Below, in pieces: positions 41,123 to 51,784 of a stretch of 64,000 nucleotides of DNA. Position 1 is the first letter of the stretch. Each line of letters begins with the position of its first letter. A program made the translations under genes and the position numbers. Location of the stretch: positions 32,001-96,000 of the forward strand of contig CAWBEI010000006.1 of the NCBI GenBank assembly GCA_963787835.1, in the 5' to 3' direction. This DNA comes from Ignavibacteriota bacterium (GTDB lineage: Bacteria > Bacteroidota > Ignavibacteria > Palsa-1295). The notes under the pieces are model-generated. The model made no database searches, had not been told where the DNA came from, and was given only the letters and a program-made list of their open reading frames with translations.

Positions 41123-41854
41123 GTGGTCATGCCACAGGCACAACGGAAAATATTTGACGATAATGAATTAGGCCTTATCGCGGCATTCACTCGTGGTGAA
41201 ATGCCGGGGTTTAAGTTTGTCTATACGTTGTACCGGCAGCAGGTTTTTAGTTATTGCCTGTATTACATGAGCGACCGAATGCAGGCAGAGGATGCATTTC
41301 AGGAGGTATTTATCCGTATTTATACGCATCATGAACAATTACGGGAAGCTCGGGCCTTAAAAAGCTGGGTTTTGCTCATTACCCGGTCGGTCTGCCTGAA
41401 TTTGCTTCGCAGCTCGAAATTCACGCCGGAATTCGTTTCCATGGGAGATTCGGAGGATAACGAGATCCTGGGAAATACACTCGATATGCCAGCCATGCCA
41501 TTGGATGTCACCATAGCTGACGATATGCTTCGCATAGCTCTGGCTAAGATCGCGCCGATCTACCGCGATGCCTTCCTGCTCTGCGAATTCGAAGGCTATG
41601 ATTACGGTGAGATCGCAAGGATCACTAACACGACCGAGGCCAACGTAAAGGTGCGAATTACTCGCGCCAAAAAACAGTTACGAGTGCTGTTAGCTCCTCA
41701 TTATCAATACGAGGCGAGTCAGTCGCGAACGTCAAATAAGACGGCAAGATCTGAGAAGAAAAATCCGACACGGAAACTTGCCAGAACGATCGTTAATGAA
41801 GTAGATTTTGGAACGTTTGATGACACTGGATTGCATGGGGAGGTGTTCGCATGA
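41123..41854 (+). CDS. ECF RNA polymerase sigma factor with C-terminal extension
   Basis: AEDAFQEVF (sigma2), LKSWV, YGEIA...VKVRITRAKKQLR (sigma4). Confidence 0.92.
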   Translation: MVMPQAQRKIFDDNELGLIAAFTRGEMPGFKFVYTLYRQQVFSYCLYYMSDRMQAEDAFQEVFIRIYTHHEQLREARALKSWVLLITRSVCLNLLRSSKFTPEFVSMGDSEDNEILGNTLDMPAMPLDVTIADDMLRIALAKIAPIYRDAFLLCEFEGYDYGEIARITNTTEANVKVRITRAKKQLRVLLAPHYQYEASQSRTSNKTARSEKKNPTRKLARTIVNEVDFGTFDDTGLHGEVFA

Positions 41855-43131
41855 TGAATTCGGACTATATGATGGCGGTTCCTATTGAAGATACGATCAT
41901 CGCTTACTTAGATGGCCGGCTGAACGATGCAGATAGCGCAGAGCTTCTGCACCGTGTATCGGTCAGCCCGGAGATTCGTCAGATATTTCAGGAGCATGGG
42001 GCGCTTCGTCAGATGTCGTTTCGCGCCGCTCGCAATGCCGTCATCTCTCCGGATTTAGAAGAATCTGTTTTCACTCGCGTTGCTGCATTACGTGAAGATC
42101 GCAGGCGATTGATTCCCATCCCTTTTTGGTCTTTACCACGAATTTCTGCGGTTGCCGGTGCAACGGCAATTGTGCTTCTTCTAGCGATACTCGCACCCTG
42201 GCAGAGTCGTAATGATAATTCTTCTGCCTCTCAAATCGCACCCACTTTCGCTCAAGCTTCGGTGCAATCTTCAACATCTTCGCCAGTATCAGATATTAGA
42301 GCAGAGATAAGCCCCCAACCGGTCACAACACAAACTTTCGCTCCTGCTTCCATAGCAACTGAGCGCCAAAGCAAGGTGAAATCGCTTGCTACTACCGCGC
42401 CAGCGAAGATTATTCCACTTGATCTGCCGGACTTTGGTGAACAGAAGCAAAGCGCTTCTGAACCCTCTATTCAGATCGTTCCAAAACCGGAAGAATCCAA
42501 CCATATCAATATGCCGACTGTGGATAATCCTCCACAAACGATGCGGTCGCTTCGTGGTTTGCCTGATCCGGATGTAGCTCCGATGTTCGAGATCGGCATA
42601 GCCTCCGATGCTATGCCAGGCTTTAATGCACCAGCCGACCTTATCGAGCAACCGCTGCCAGTCACAGATCTCGCTTCAGAATTTGCAGTACGAGTCGGAT
42701 TTAATATCGATGCAAGAAACCAGATCGGACTCCGATTCACGCGTGTATCATTCCCGAGCATGTCATTGACAGCAACCCCGGTAGGACTGGGATATACTGT
42801 TGTCAACAGTTCGATCGAGTCAGCGATCGGCTATGCTGAGGAACTGGTTTACAAACACAGGGAACCGGTCGATCAGGGGCTGTTCTATCTTACTGGCAGT
42901 GTCGGAGGAGGCTTCTACACGCTGGGTACCTTATTTAGCTGTGAAGCAGGCTTGGAAGTGCCGGTAAGCGATAAACTTATGGGCAGCGTTTCCGTGATCG
43001 TCAGCCGGCTCCATCAAAATCCTTCAGAACTAAATGCCTTATTGGACAATGGTCCCAAGATATACGAGGGCGCTAATATTTATAACACGCTTGCCGGCCG
43101 CATGGAGTATGGGCTGTCATACCGATTTTAA
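41851..43131 (+). CDS. Putative anti-sigma factor with TM helix, low-complexity linker and C-terminal beta-barrel-like domain
   Basis: Overlaps the sigma stop; IIAYLDGRL anti-sigma-like start; hydrophobic segment; ends YGLSYRF. Confidence 0.7.
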   Translation: MMNSDYMMAVPIEDTIIAYLDGRLNDADSAELLHRVSVSPEIRQIFQEHGALRQMSFRAARNAVISPDLEESVFTRVAALREDRRRLIPIPFWSLPRISAVAGATAIVLLLAILAPWQSRNDNSSASQIAPTFAQASVQSSTSSPVSDIRAEISPQPVTTQTFAPASIATERQSKVKSLATTAPAKIIPLDLPDFGEQKQSASEPSIQIVPKPEESNHINMPTVDNPPQTMRSLRGLPDPDVAPMFEIGIASDAMPGFNAPADLIEQPLPVTDLASEFAVRVGFNIDARNQIGLRFTRVSFPSMSLTATPVGLGYTVVNSSIESAIGYAEELVYKHREPVDQGLFYLTGSVGGGFYTLGTLFSCEAGLEVPVSDKLMGSVSVIVSRLHQNPSELNALLDNGPKIYEGANIYNTLAGRMEYGLSYRF

Positions 43132-43197
43132 ATTTTAATATATTGATAAGAAATATGTCATATTCGCCATAGTCGGTTATAACCGAGGATGAGATAG

Positions 43198-43869
43198 ATG
43201 CTACACTACAACAACATAAATCATAAACGATCGGGATGGATCGTATTCACTGCTCCGTTAGCGTTATTCGTATCGCTAACAGGGTGTTCCATCGTGGATT
43301 CGCCTCCAGCAAAGGTATCGCCCGAACTCGATGTCAGGAATTTCTACATGCAGCTCGCCACCAAGAACGTCCAGTACCAATACGCTGTGGCTTCGACCGT
43401 AGAATATTATCCTGCCACCGACACCCTTTCAATGAACATGCAAGGGATCTGTGACAGCGCGAATTACGTCCCACTTTTTTCTTGCTTGTGGACGTATCGC
43501 AACTTTGGTCAACCGACACTCTGGTATTATGGACTATCGGATAAACAAGCCATTAATTTTGGGGAGAGAACATCCGGCAGTACCTATGCGGATAGCTGGG
43601 TCGATCTTCAATCACCATTACAAGATTCCGCTTCCTGGACCTTTACTTCGATGTGGGAATCGATCACTGCAACCGTCGTGCAATATGGAGTTTCTGCCCA
43701 AGTGGAAGGGAAGAATTATAGCGATGTGGCTATGGTGCAATATACCGGTTCAAATGGTACCACAGGCACGGAATGGTTCGCAAAGGGGACTGGACTCATC
43801 TATTCAAACATCTTTCGTCCTAATTACGGAAAGGTTGAGAATCAGCTTCAATCTGTTATTCAAAAATGA
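43198..43869 (+). CDS. Hypothetical lipoprotein
   Basis: Lipobox LTGC; C-terminal EWFAKGTGLI motif. Confidence 0.75.
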   Translation: MLHYNNINHKRSGWIVFTAPLALFVSLTGCSIVDSPPAKVSPELDVRNFYMQLATKNVQYQYAVASTVEYYPATDTLSMNMQGICDSANYVPLFSCLWTYRNFGQPTLWYYGLSDKQAINFGERTSGSTYADSWVDLQSPLQDSASWTFTSMWESITATVVQYGVSAQVEGKNYSDVAMVQYTGSNGTTGTEWFAKGTGLIYSNIFRPNYGKVENQLQSVIQK

Positions 43870-43911
43870 CTTTTTAGGTCTGAGGGTTTATCTGTAAGTA
43901 TTTTTGTTACG

Positions 43912-43937
43912 GGGTATTCGATGGAATACCCTTTTTT
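43912..43937 (+). terminator. Rho-independent terminator
   Basis: GGGTATTC-gatg-GAATACCC-TTTTTT. Confidence 0.8.
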
Positions 43938-43964
43938 ATTGTTCCAAAAAGTTTAATCTTAACT

Positions 43965-45134
43965 ATGCTTGTCGATTATTACGATATTGAATCCCAGCTG
44001 ACCGAAGAGCAGCGCATGATCCGCGACACCGTTCGCTCGTTCGTGGAGTCTGAAGTACTGCCTATTATCGAGCAGCACAATCAGGCAATGACCTTTCCCC
44101 TGGGGTTGATCCCTAAGATCGGCGCACTCGGCCTGCTTGGGTCGACGCTTCCTGAAAAATATGGCTGTGCCGCACTTGATAATATCGCATACGGCCTCAT
44201 CATGCAAGAATTAGAGCGCGGTGATTCCGCTATCAGGTCATTTGCAAGTGTGCAAGGTGCGCTTGCTATGTATCCAATTTATGCATTTGGCTCAGAGGAG
44301 CAACGCATGAAATGGCTGCCAAAACTTGCTACTGGAGAAGCTATCGGCTGCTTCGGGTTGACCGAACCCGATTTTGGATCGAATCCTGGTGGGATGGTAA
44401 CGAAAGCCAAATCGATGAGTGGAGGATTCGTGTTGAACGGTGCTAAAATGTGGATCACAAATGGTACTCTTTCGGATGTTGCAGTTGTATGGGCAAAGCT
44501 CGATAACGACGATCCCAAAAATATTCGTGGCTTCTTGGTCGAAAAAGGAATGAAGGGTTTTACTGCACCGGAAATGAAAGGGAAGTATTCACTTCGCGCC
44601 AGCGTAACGAGCGAGCTTGTCTTTCAGGATGTTTTCATTCCAGAAGAGAATATGCTTCCAGAAGTGAAAGGATTGAAAGGCCCGCTTTCGTGCCTAACAC
44701 AGGCGCGATATGGTATTGCCTGGGGTGCGATCGGCGCCGCCATGGCATGTTATGAAAGCTCAGTAAATTATGCGAAAAGCCGAATTCAGTTCGGCAAGCC
44801 GATAGGAGGATTTCAGCTTGTCCAACAAAAACTTGTCGAAATGCTAAATGAGATTACGAAAGCGCAGCTTTTAGTGTATCGGCTTGGGCAGTTAAAGAAC
44901 GAAGGAAAGATGCGCCCGGAGCAGGTGTCACTCGCAAAACGAAATAATGTCCAAATGGCACTCGATATTGCTCGCTTGGCTCGCGATCTGCATGGCGCGA
45001 ACGGCATTCTCGGCGAGTATCCGATCATGCGGCACAGTATGAACTTAGAATCGGTAAATACCTACGAAGGTACGCATGATATTCATACACTCGTGCTGGG
45101 TGAAGATATTACGGGGATAGCGGCTTACATTTAA
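43965..45134 (+). CDS. gcdH: Glutaryl-CoA dehydrogenase-like acyl-CoA dehydrogenase
   Basis: [27 protein letters not shown] and TYEGTHDIH motifs. Confidence 0.88.
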   Translation: MLVDYYDIESQLTEEQRMIRDTVRSFVESEVLPIIEQHNQAMTFPLGLIPKIGALGLLGSTLPEKYGCAALDNIAYGLIMQELERGDSAIRSFASVQGALAMYPIYAFGSEEQRMKWLPKLATGEAIGCFGLTEPDFGSNPGGMVTKAKSMSGGFVLNGAKMWITNGTLSDVAVVWAKLDNDDPKNIRGFLVEKGMKGFTAPEMKGKYSLRASVTSELVFQDVFIPEENMLPEVKGLKGPLSCLTQARYGIAWGAIGAAMACYESSVNYAKSRIQFGKPIGGFQLVQQKLVEMLNEITKAQLLVYRLGQLKNEGKMRPEQVSLAKRNNVQMALDIARLARDLHGANGILGEYPIMRHSMNLESVNTYEGTHDIHTLVLGEDITGIAAYI

Positions 45135-46420
45135 TTGCGCAATAGATTCAAAGCCCTACGATGTACTTCAACCGTTCTCTCCAAATCCTCATCGCCATGT
45201 GCCATTGAAACGAACATTGCCTCGAATTGTGACGGTGCGAGATAAATACCAACATCAAGCATTGCGCGGAAGTATTTTGTAAATGCGTTTGTGTCTGAAA
45301 TAATGGCGCTTTCGTAATCGGAAACTTCCTGATTTGTGAAGAAAAGGCAAAGCATTGAACCAACCCGAGTTTGAGTCGCTTTCACATTTGCATTGCGAAT
45401 ATTCTCAGCAAATTGCTGCTCTAAAAATGAAGAATTTCTCTCTAACTCGGGATATGGATTTTCTTCCTTCAGAATATTTAGAGTTGCCAACCCAGCTGCC
45501 ATCGCCAGCGGATTTCCACTAAGGGTTCCCGCCTGATATACCGGCCCAACGGGCGAGAGCATTTCCATGATCTCTCGTTTTCCGCCAAATGCGCCCACTG
45601 GCAGACCACCCCCGATTATCTTTCCCAACGTTGTCAGATCGGGACGAACGCCATAAAGCTCCTGTGCACCGCCAAGCGCAACACGAAAGCCCGTCATCAC
45701 TTCATCAAAAATAAGAACTATTTTTTCTCTATCGCAAATTTTGCGTAAGCCCTGAAGAAATCCAGACTTCGGCGGAACGACGCCCATGTTACCTGCAATA
45801 GGTTCTACTATCATTGCAGCTATCTCTCCGCGATTTGCTGCAATAAGGTTTTCAACAGATGCAAGATCGTTAAATCTCGCATTCAGCGTATCCTTTGCAG
45901 TCCCTTCGGTCACGCCGGGAGAATTTGGCGAACCAAGCGTCAGCGCTCCGCTACCAGCTTTGATAAGGAATGAATCCCCATGCCCATGATAGCAACCTTC
46001 GAATTTAATGATCTTCTCGCGTCCCGTAAATCCGCGTGCAAGCCGAATCGCGGACATCGTAGCTTCTGTGCCACTCGAAACCATCCGCAGCATCTCGATT
46101 GATGGCATAATGCTAATGACAAGCTCCGCTAATTCTACTTCAAGCTCGGTTGGCGCGCCAAAGCTTGTTGCGATTTGTGCTTGCTTCCGAATGGCTTCCA
46201 CAACTTTCGGATGAGAATGACCTAGAATCAGAGGGCCCCACGAGCCGACATAATCGATGAACTTATTGCCATCGGCATCCCACACATAAGCGCCTTCGCC
46301 ACGCGTAAGAAATAATGGATCAATTCCAACAGATTTGAATGCACGAACGGGGGAGTTTACTCCACCAGGAATGCTATGTTGAGCGCGTTCAAAAAGAGCA
46401 TGACTATTATTGTAATTCAT
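45131..46420 (-). CDS. hemL: Glutamate-1-semialdehyde 2,1-aminomutase
   Basis: [36 protein letters not shown] and GTLSGNP motifs. Confidence 0.97.
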   Translation of the reverse strand: MNYNNSHALFERAQHSIPGGVNSPVRAFKSVGIDPLFLTRGEGAYVWDADGNKFIDYVGSWGPLILGHSHPKVVEAIRKQAQIATSFGAPTELEVELAELVISIMPSIEMLRMVSSGTEATMSAIRLARGFTGREKIIKFEGCYHGHGDSFLIKAGSGALTLGSPNSPGVTEGTAKDTLNARFNDLASVENLIAANRGEIAAMIVEPIAGNMGVVPPKSGFLQGLRKICDREKIVLIFDEVMTGFRVALGGAQELYGVRPDLTTLGKIIGGGLPVGAFGGKREIMEMLSPVGPVYQAGTLSGNPLAMAAGLATLNILKEENPYPELERNSSFLEQQFAENIRNANVKATQTRVGSMLCLFFTNQEVSDYESAIISDTNAFTKYFRAMLDVGIYLAPSQFEAMFVSMAHGDEDLERTVEVHRRALNLLRN

Positions 46421-46423
46421 ATT

Positions 46424-46483
46424 GTAGCCGTGACCTTTAGGTCACGGTTTCATAGTACACCGTAACCTAAAGGTCACGGCTAC
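46424..46483. repeat. GTAG-family REP doublet (REPIN-like) overlapping the hemB stop
   Basis: GTAGCCGTGACCTTTAGGTCACGG...CCGTAACCTAAAGGTCACGGCTAC: 24-bp inverted pair with one mismatch, each unit itself palindromic. Confidence 0.85.
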
Positions 46484-47504
46484 AAATTCTGGCCGCTTCC
46501 AGTGCAAAATAAGTAAGAATGATCGAAGCGCCCGCACGCTTGATCGAAGTAAGCGATTCCATCATCACGCGTTCTTCATCGATCCAACCATTTTTCCCGG
46601 CGGCTTTTATCATAGAATATTCTCCGCTTACTTGATAGGCTGCGACTGGCACGAGAAATTGTTCCCGGACGCGGCGAATAATATCAAGTGATGAAATTGC
46701 CGGCTTTACCATTACAATGTCCGCGCCTTCTTCAATATCACGTTGGACAACTCGCATCGCTTCATCGGAATTCGCAACATCCATTTGGTGAGAACGACGG
46801 TCTCCAAAGCTGGGAGTGCTTCCCGCCGCATCGCGGAACGGGCCATACAATCCAGAAGCATATTTCGCGGAATAACTCATGATCGGCAGGGATTCAAATC
46901 CACTCTGGTCAAGCGCATCGCGAATAGCTCCCACTCGGCCATCCATCATGTCGCTGGGGGCGATCAAGTCACTTCCAGCTTCAGCATGGCTCACGGCCTC
47001 ACGGACGAGGAGTTCGACCGTCGCATCATTTGCAATTTCAATTTCCCCGTTTCTATTCCTTTCAACGACACCGCAATGACCGTGCTCTGTGTATTCGCAA
47101 AGGCAGACGTCCGTAGCAATGAGCAGCTCCGGGAATCTCTTTTTAATTTCCCTAATGGCATTTTGTATGACTCCGTGTTCATTGTATGCTTGCGAACCGA
47201 ACTCGTCCTTATGCTCAGGGATGCCGAATAAAATGATTCCTCCCAATCCTGCTTTTAGCGCCGATTCACTTTGTGCGAGAGTACCTTCCATACCAAGCTG
47301 TTCCACGCCAGGCATTGCATCGATGGGTTTCCTGAAGTTAGTTGGAGCTTCAGCCACAAAAAGAGGCAGAATAAGATTAGAAGGAGAGAGTATGGTTTCG
47401 CGTACGAGACTGCGATGCCGTTCCGTCATGCGCGTACGGCGTGTGCGTGAAGATGCTGGTATCGTTAGCGCTTCTATATCGAGATCGTGATGATGATCGT
47501 GCAT
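46467..47504 (-). CDS. hemB: Porphobilinogen synthase
   Basis: DVCLCEYTEHGHCG Zn site, APSDMMDG, YSAKYAS, MVKPA, AYQVSGEY. Confidence 0.97.
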   Translation of the reverse strand: MHDHHHDLDIEALTIPASSRTRRTRMTERHRSLVRETILSPSNLILPLFVAEAPTNFRKPIDAMPGVEQLGMEGTLAQSESALKAGLGGIILFGIPEHKDEFGSQAYNEHGVIQNAIREIKKRFPELLIATDVCLCEYTEHGHCGVVERNRNGEIEIANDATVELLVREAVSHAEAGSDLIAPSDMMDGRVGAIRDALDQSGFESLPIMSYSAKYASGLYGPFRDAAGSTPSFGDRRSHQMDVANSDEAMRVVQRDIEEGADIVMVKPAISSLDIIRRVREQFLVPVAAYQVSGEYSMIKAAGKNGWIDEERVMMESLTSIKRAGASIILTYFALEAARICSRDL

Positions 47505-47511
47505 TGTTACA

Positions 47512-48843
47512 TTAAACAAGCTTTTTTGCGAGTTCCGTTGCATTCTTGATGCTCGCGCCCATTGAAATGCCATTCCGGTAATTACCGATGAAGTGCATTC
47601 CAGGATTCTCAGCTTCTGCCAGATTTATTGCATCAAGAACAGCACCATATCCAACATTATATTGCGGAATAGCGCGCTTCCAAAACAGAACATGCTGAAA
47701 TGCCGGAGCGCCTCGAGGATTTAGAAGGCCATTTACTTCTGCTGTGGCCACATCGAGAATTTCTGTATCTGATTTGCTGACTATGTCTTGCTGAGTCGCT
47801 CCGCCCATAATAATGGTAAGTAATAAGTGATCCGCAGGAGCACGATTCGGGAAATTGGATGATGAAAAGATTATCCCAAGTATTTTCCGATTTTCTTTCG
47901 AAGGAATCAGTCCGCCAAACCCTTCTGGAATCCGAGAGAATTGATTATCGCTATACCCGAGATATACGACAGCAACAGGAGGATAGATAATGTTTCGAAG
48001 GGAGTTAGATAGATTTGGTGCGATAGCCTGCAACATTGGTGCTGCATCATAGGCTGGCAAAGCAAAGATAATCCGTTCACATCGGAAAACATCGGATGCC
48101 GACGTAATTGAAAAACCATTTTGGGTTCGCTCTATATTTAGAGCGTCTTCATGCAGCCGAATATGCTGACCCAATGCATTACGAAGTGCAGTTGTCAGTT
48201 CTGAAAGCCCCTCAGGGAAAGAAATAACGCGAGGACGAAAATTCTTTTTTGCCGTTTTCGAGCGATTCCTAATCATTCCCTTCATAAGCGAACCTTGCTC
48301 TTGTTCAGCATGCCACATGGAAGGGAACCCGTGTCGCATACTGAGTTTATGAGGGTCACCGGCATAGATTCCCGTGATAAATGGATCCGCAGCGTAGTCG
48401 AAAACTTGTTGCCCTAATCTACGCGAAATGAAATCAGCGGCGGGCTAATCTTCAGAGTGTGTTTTAGGAATAAATATTTCTAATGGAATTCGAAGCTTTC
48501 CTGCGATAGAAAGCAAGGAAGTCGTGATTGCTTCAGTTGGCCCACTCGGAATTTTGACCCACTTGCCCTTCTTAAGAATAAAACGCTTCTTTGCATTAGG
48601 GCTTATTTCGATTACGCGTGAAGTTAAGCCACATTCTTCGATAAGATCGATCGTTTCCGGATTTTCAACTCGCAGAGAATTTGGCCCAGCTTCAAGAAGA
48701 TAGCCATCTATTCGTTCGGTAAGAATTTTCCCTCCAGCCTTACCTGCGGATTCAAGAACTATTACTTCCTTGCCTGCCCGAGCCAATTTGTAAGCGACGG
48801 TCAATCCTGAAATACCTGCTCCGATGACAATGAACTCAGGCAT
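47512..48843 (-). CDS. hemG: Protoporphyrinogen/coproporphyrinogen oxidase (HemY/HemG type) with an in-frame TAG at 48445-48447
   Basis: IGAGISGL, EAGPNS, GIYAGDP and WKRAIPQY; both ORF pieces are in the same frame across a single stop. Confidence 0.9.
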
Positions 48844-49603
48844 TTCCTATAAGCATTTCATAGAGTGCATCAGCTATTCCCGGAGCACAACTTGCAAGAT
48901 GACCTCCATCAATTCGTTGTTGGCCGGTAAAATCAAAATATTTTCCTCCTGCTTCTGAAATGATAACTCCGAGCGGTGCAGCATCCCATAGTGCCATACG
49001 TGCATCGAGCATTGCTTCAGCGCGCCCCGTGGCTACAAGAATGTGTCCCCAGCAATCTCCCCATCCACGATAAAGCCCGAAGGAGCGAGTAATGGTGTCG
49101 TACTTTTCTCTTCCAATTAGTTCTTCGAGACGGCTTGGACTGGTCGTGCAGAGAAGGCTATCCGATAAATCACTTTTGTTTGATATTTGGCATAGCTTAC
49201 CATTCCAATAACAACCTTCTCCGATTCCGGCTGAAATAGATTCCTTCAATGCTGGAAGATGAACGATACCGTGTGTGACCTCACCATTTTGCTCCAGAGC
49301 AATTAGCACACCATAGATTGGCACGCCATGAACAAAGCTTTTCGTTCCATCGAGCGGATCGAGTATCCAGCGTCGGCTTGGATCCGATCCCTCTTCGCCG
49401 TATTCTTCGCCGAGAATTACGTCGTTTGGGAAATGTTCACGGATGCATTTGCGCAAATATTCCTCTGACTCTCTATCTGCACGAGTAACAGGGCTTGCAT
49501 CGTTTTTTGTGATGATCTCCAGATCGGGATTATTAAAATATTTTAGAGTAATATCGCCTGCACCTCGGGCGATCTCTTCCATGAAAAGTCTTATGTTTTT
49601 CAT
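48836..49603 (-). CDS. hisN: Histidinol-phosphatase / inositol monophosphatase family protein
   Basis: KNDASPVTRAD, GEE, WILDPLDGTKSFVHG, GWGD and WDAAP motifs. Confidence 0.82.
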   Translation of the reverse strand: MKNIRLFMEEIARGAGDITLKYFNNPDLEIITKNDASPVTRADRESEEYLRKCIREHFPNDVILGEEYGEEGSDPSRRWILDPLDGTKSFVHGVPIYGVLIALEQNGEVTHGIVHLPALKESISAGIGEGCYWNGKLCQISNKSDLSDSLLCTTSPSRLEELIGREKYDTITRSFGLYRGWGDCWGHILVATGRAEAMLDARMALWDAAPLGVIISEAGGKYFDFTGQQRIDGGHLASCAPGIADALYEMLIGNA

Positions 49604-50622
49604 TCGAGTTTAAGAGCGTGAATTTCTTTAATAGCAATATCTGCGAGGCATTCGATGAAGAGGGGATGGTCGTTTAAACCTTCCATAACGTGGTAGTTCG
49701 AAATTCCAGCGCGTTCGGCGGTAAGGCGTTCTTCGATATTGAGTTCGTGAAGCGTTTCAATGTGGTCGCTCACGAAAGCAATAGGGATAACAAGAATATC
49801 GGTAATTCCTTTCTGTCCTAACTCTTCGATCGTGTTGGTTGTCGATGGCGTAAGCCATTTTTTCGGGCCCACTTTGCTCTGGAAGGAAAGCATGTACGGC
49901 TTATCCCGTCCTCTTTGCGACATCACAAGTTCCATGGTCTCACGGATCTGCTCGGAGTATGGATCGCCGCGTTTTACAATATCAACAGGAGTTCCATGTG
50001 CTGAAAAAAGCAGAAATACCTTCTCGGGATTTTCAAAAGTTATTAATGCTTCGTCTATCCGTGCGCTTATCGCTTGGATATATTTTTCATTGCGGTAGTA
50101 TTCTCTTACGCGGCGATCGTTAAACGTTGCACTTTGACGTTTTGCAACGCGATCCCATTCATTGAAACTCGAACCTGCATTCACAATGGAATATTGTGGG
50201 TATAGCGGCAGTAGGATAACTTCATTTACTCCATCCCGAATAAGCGATTGCATCGTCTCGGAAGTAAGAGGGTTCCAATATCGTGCAGCCAGACGAACGG
50301 TCGTATTAATTTCAGGATGGCGAGTATCGAGATACGTTTGCAATGCTCGTACTTGCTCATCCGTGCTTTCGACGATAGGGGATTTGCCGCCGATCTCAGC
50401 ATACTTATCCCGGACGTGTCTGGCTCGGCGTTTGGAAATTGTCTTCGCAACAAACCTCTGAAAGGCAGGCCCAATTCGTGCAGCCCATTCCTTCTTTAAG
50501 AGCGGAAGCTGAAAAATATCAGGGTCGCTAAAAAGGTTGAACAGAAACGGCTCGACGGCTTCAAGCGAATCCGGCCCGCCAAATTGCAGGAGAACGATAG
50601 CAATGGGTTTTTCTTCAGTCAC
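49600..50622 (-). CDS. hemH: Ferrochelatase
   Basis: GGPDS, LPLYPQYS, FSAHGTP, FQSKVGP..WL.P and FVSDHIETL motifs. Confidence 0.96.
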   Translation of the reverse strand: MTEEKPIAIVLLQFGGPDSLEAVEPFLFNLFSDPDIFQLPLLKKEWAARIGPAFQRFVAKTISKRRARHVRDKYAEIGGKSPIVESTDEQVRALQTYLDTRHPEINTTVRLAARYWNPLTSETMQSLIRDGVNEVILLPLYPQYSIVNAGSSFNEWDRVAKRQSATFNDRRVREYYRNEKYIQAISARIDEALITFENPEKVFLLFSAHGTPVDIVKRGDPYSEQIRETMELVMSQRGRDKPYMLSFQSKVGPKKWLTPSTTNTIEELGQKGITDILVIPIAFVSDHIETLHELNIEERLTAERAGISNYHVMEGLNDHPLFIECLADIAIKEIHALKLE

Positions 50623-50677
50623 AGCGTTTCGAATGAGCCACGAAACGCCTGTACAACTTCATAAACTCCCTTAGCTT

Positions 50678-51784
50678 TCATTCGAGCACTACACGCTGAA
50701 CTTCATGAACGGCTTCATCATTGCTTCCTGTACCGGTCACAACGATAAAGTATGTCCCTGCGAGAGCGGTCCCGTTAGCCCCTGAACGATCCCACAACCA
50801 GTCTCCGGTGATAGGAGTAGCCTTTACTGTTCTTCCAAGCACATCAGTAATTGTGAGGTCCGCGTGTGTGATGTTTTCGGTATGGATCGTTACTGAGCCA
50901 TAAGATGGATTGGGATAAATGGATAAATATGTCGAATTTGCAGGTTGAATTTGGACAGCATCATTTGGTAGCAAAAGTCCTTGAACAGAAAGGGGAAGAA
51001 TCGGCTGATCAGGAGATGTAATAAAATCAGTATAAAATCCGGGCCTTTTTGCCGTAAAGGAAAGATTAAGTGTGAAAGAACCTCCTGACGGAAGCGTATC
51101 GGGAAATGAAATGGAACTCGACACAATATGAAAAGCAGTGTCATTCTGGAGTCCGAGAGACTGAATAGGAAGGCTTTTGCCGAAATTGTTTTGGAACTGA
51201 ATTTGAAGCGTTTCATTCGATGTATCACTTTTGAACGCGATGATGTTGTGCGAAGTGTGTTTGAGGGGCAGAATGGAATTATTGCCGGTAGAGCCAACGA
51301 CTTCAGCAAGAACTTCAAATGTGGTTTGACAGGAGTCGGAATCCGCTGTGTTGGGTTCGAACACAACTGGAAGAGAATCGGTACGCAGTGACGAATCGGA
51401 GAAAATGAATGTCGTGACATAACCTGAATCTCCAGGGGCAAGCCTAATCCCTGAAGAAATTGTCCATGAAAATTCCTGGGTTTTCGCTGATATAATCCTG
51501 AAGACGGAATCTCCCTTGTTATCGGAATTCATGAGATATAATGAATCCTGAATTGTCCCTCCGGAAAGAACAGCACCAAGATCAATCGTGCCTCTGCCGC
51601 CGCAAGAAAGGGTGTTACTCGTTTGCGCCACAGCGCTCATAGCAGGGAGAATTACCACTCCAGCCACACAGGCAAAAATAAAGCGGTTTATGGAAGAACT
51701 AAATCGGACTATGGACATTCGTTTCAGAAGCGATAGTAACATTGCTCTTACAAAAATACGCCGAATAATGATACTCTTTGGCAT
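50678..51784 (-). CDS. Secreted Ig-like-domain protein with T9SS C-terminal domain (true start may be 51718)
   Basis: Hydrophobic leader, beta-rich body, IYPNPS...TDVLGR...AGTYFIVV tail. Confidence 0.82.
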   Translation of the reverse strand: MPKSIIIRRIFVRAMLLSLLKRMSIVRFSSSINRFIFACVAGVVILPAMSAVAQTSNTLSCGGRGTIDLGAVLSGGTIQDSLYLMNSDNKGDSVFRIISAKTQEFSWTISSGIRLAPGDSGYVTTFIFSDSSLRTDSLPVVFEPNTADSDSCQTTFEVLAEVVGSTGNNSILPLKHTSHNIIAFKSDTSNETLQIQFQNNFGKSLPIQSLGLQNDTAFHIVSSSISFPDTLPSGGSFTLNLSFTAKRPGFYTDFITSPDQPILPLSVQGLLLPNDAVQIQPANSTYLSIYPNPSYGSVTIHTENITHADLTITDVLGRTVKATPITGDWLWDRSGANGTALAGTYFIVVTGTGSNDEAVHEVQRVVLE

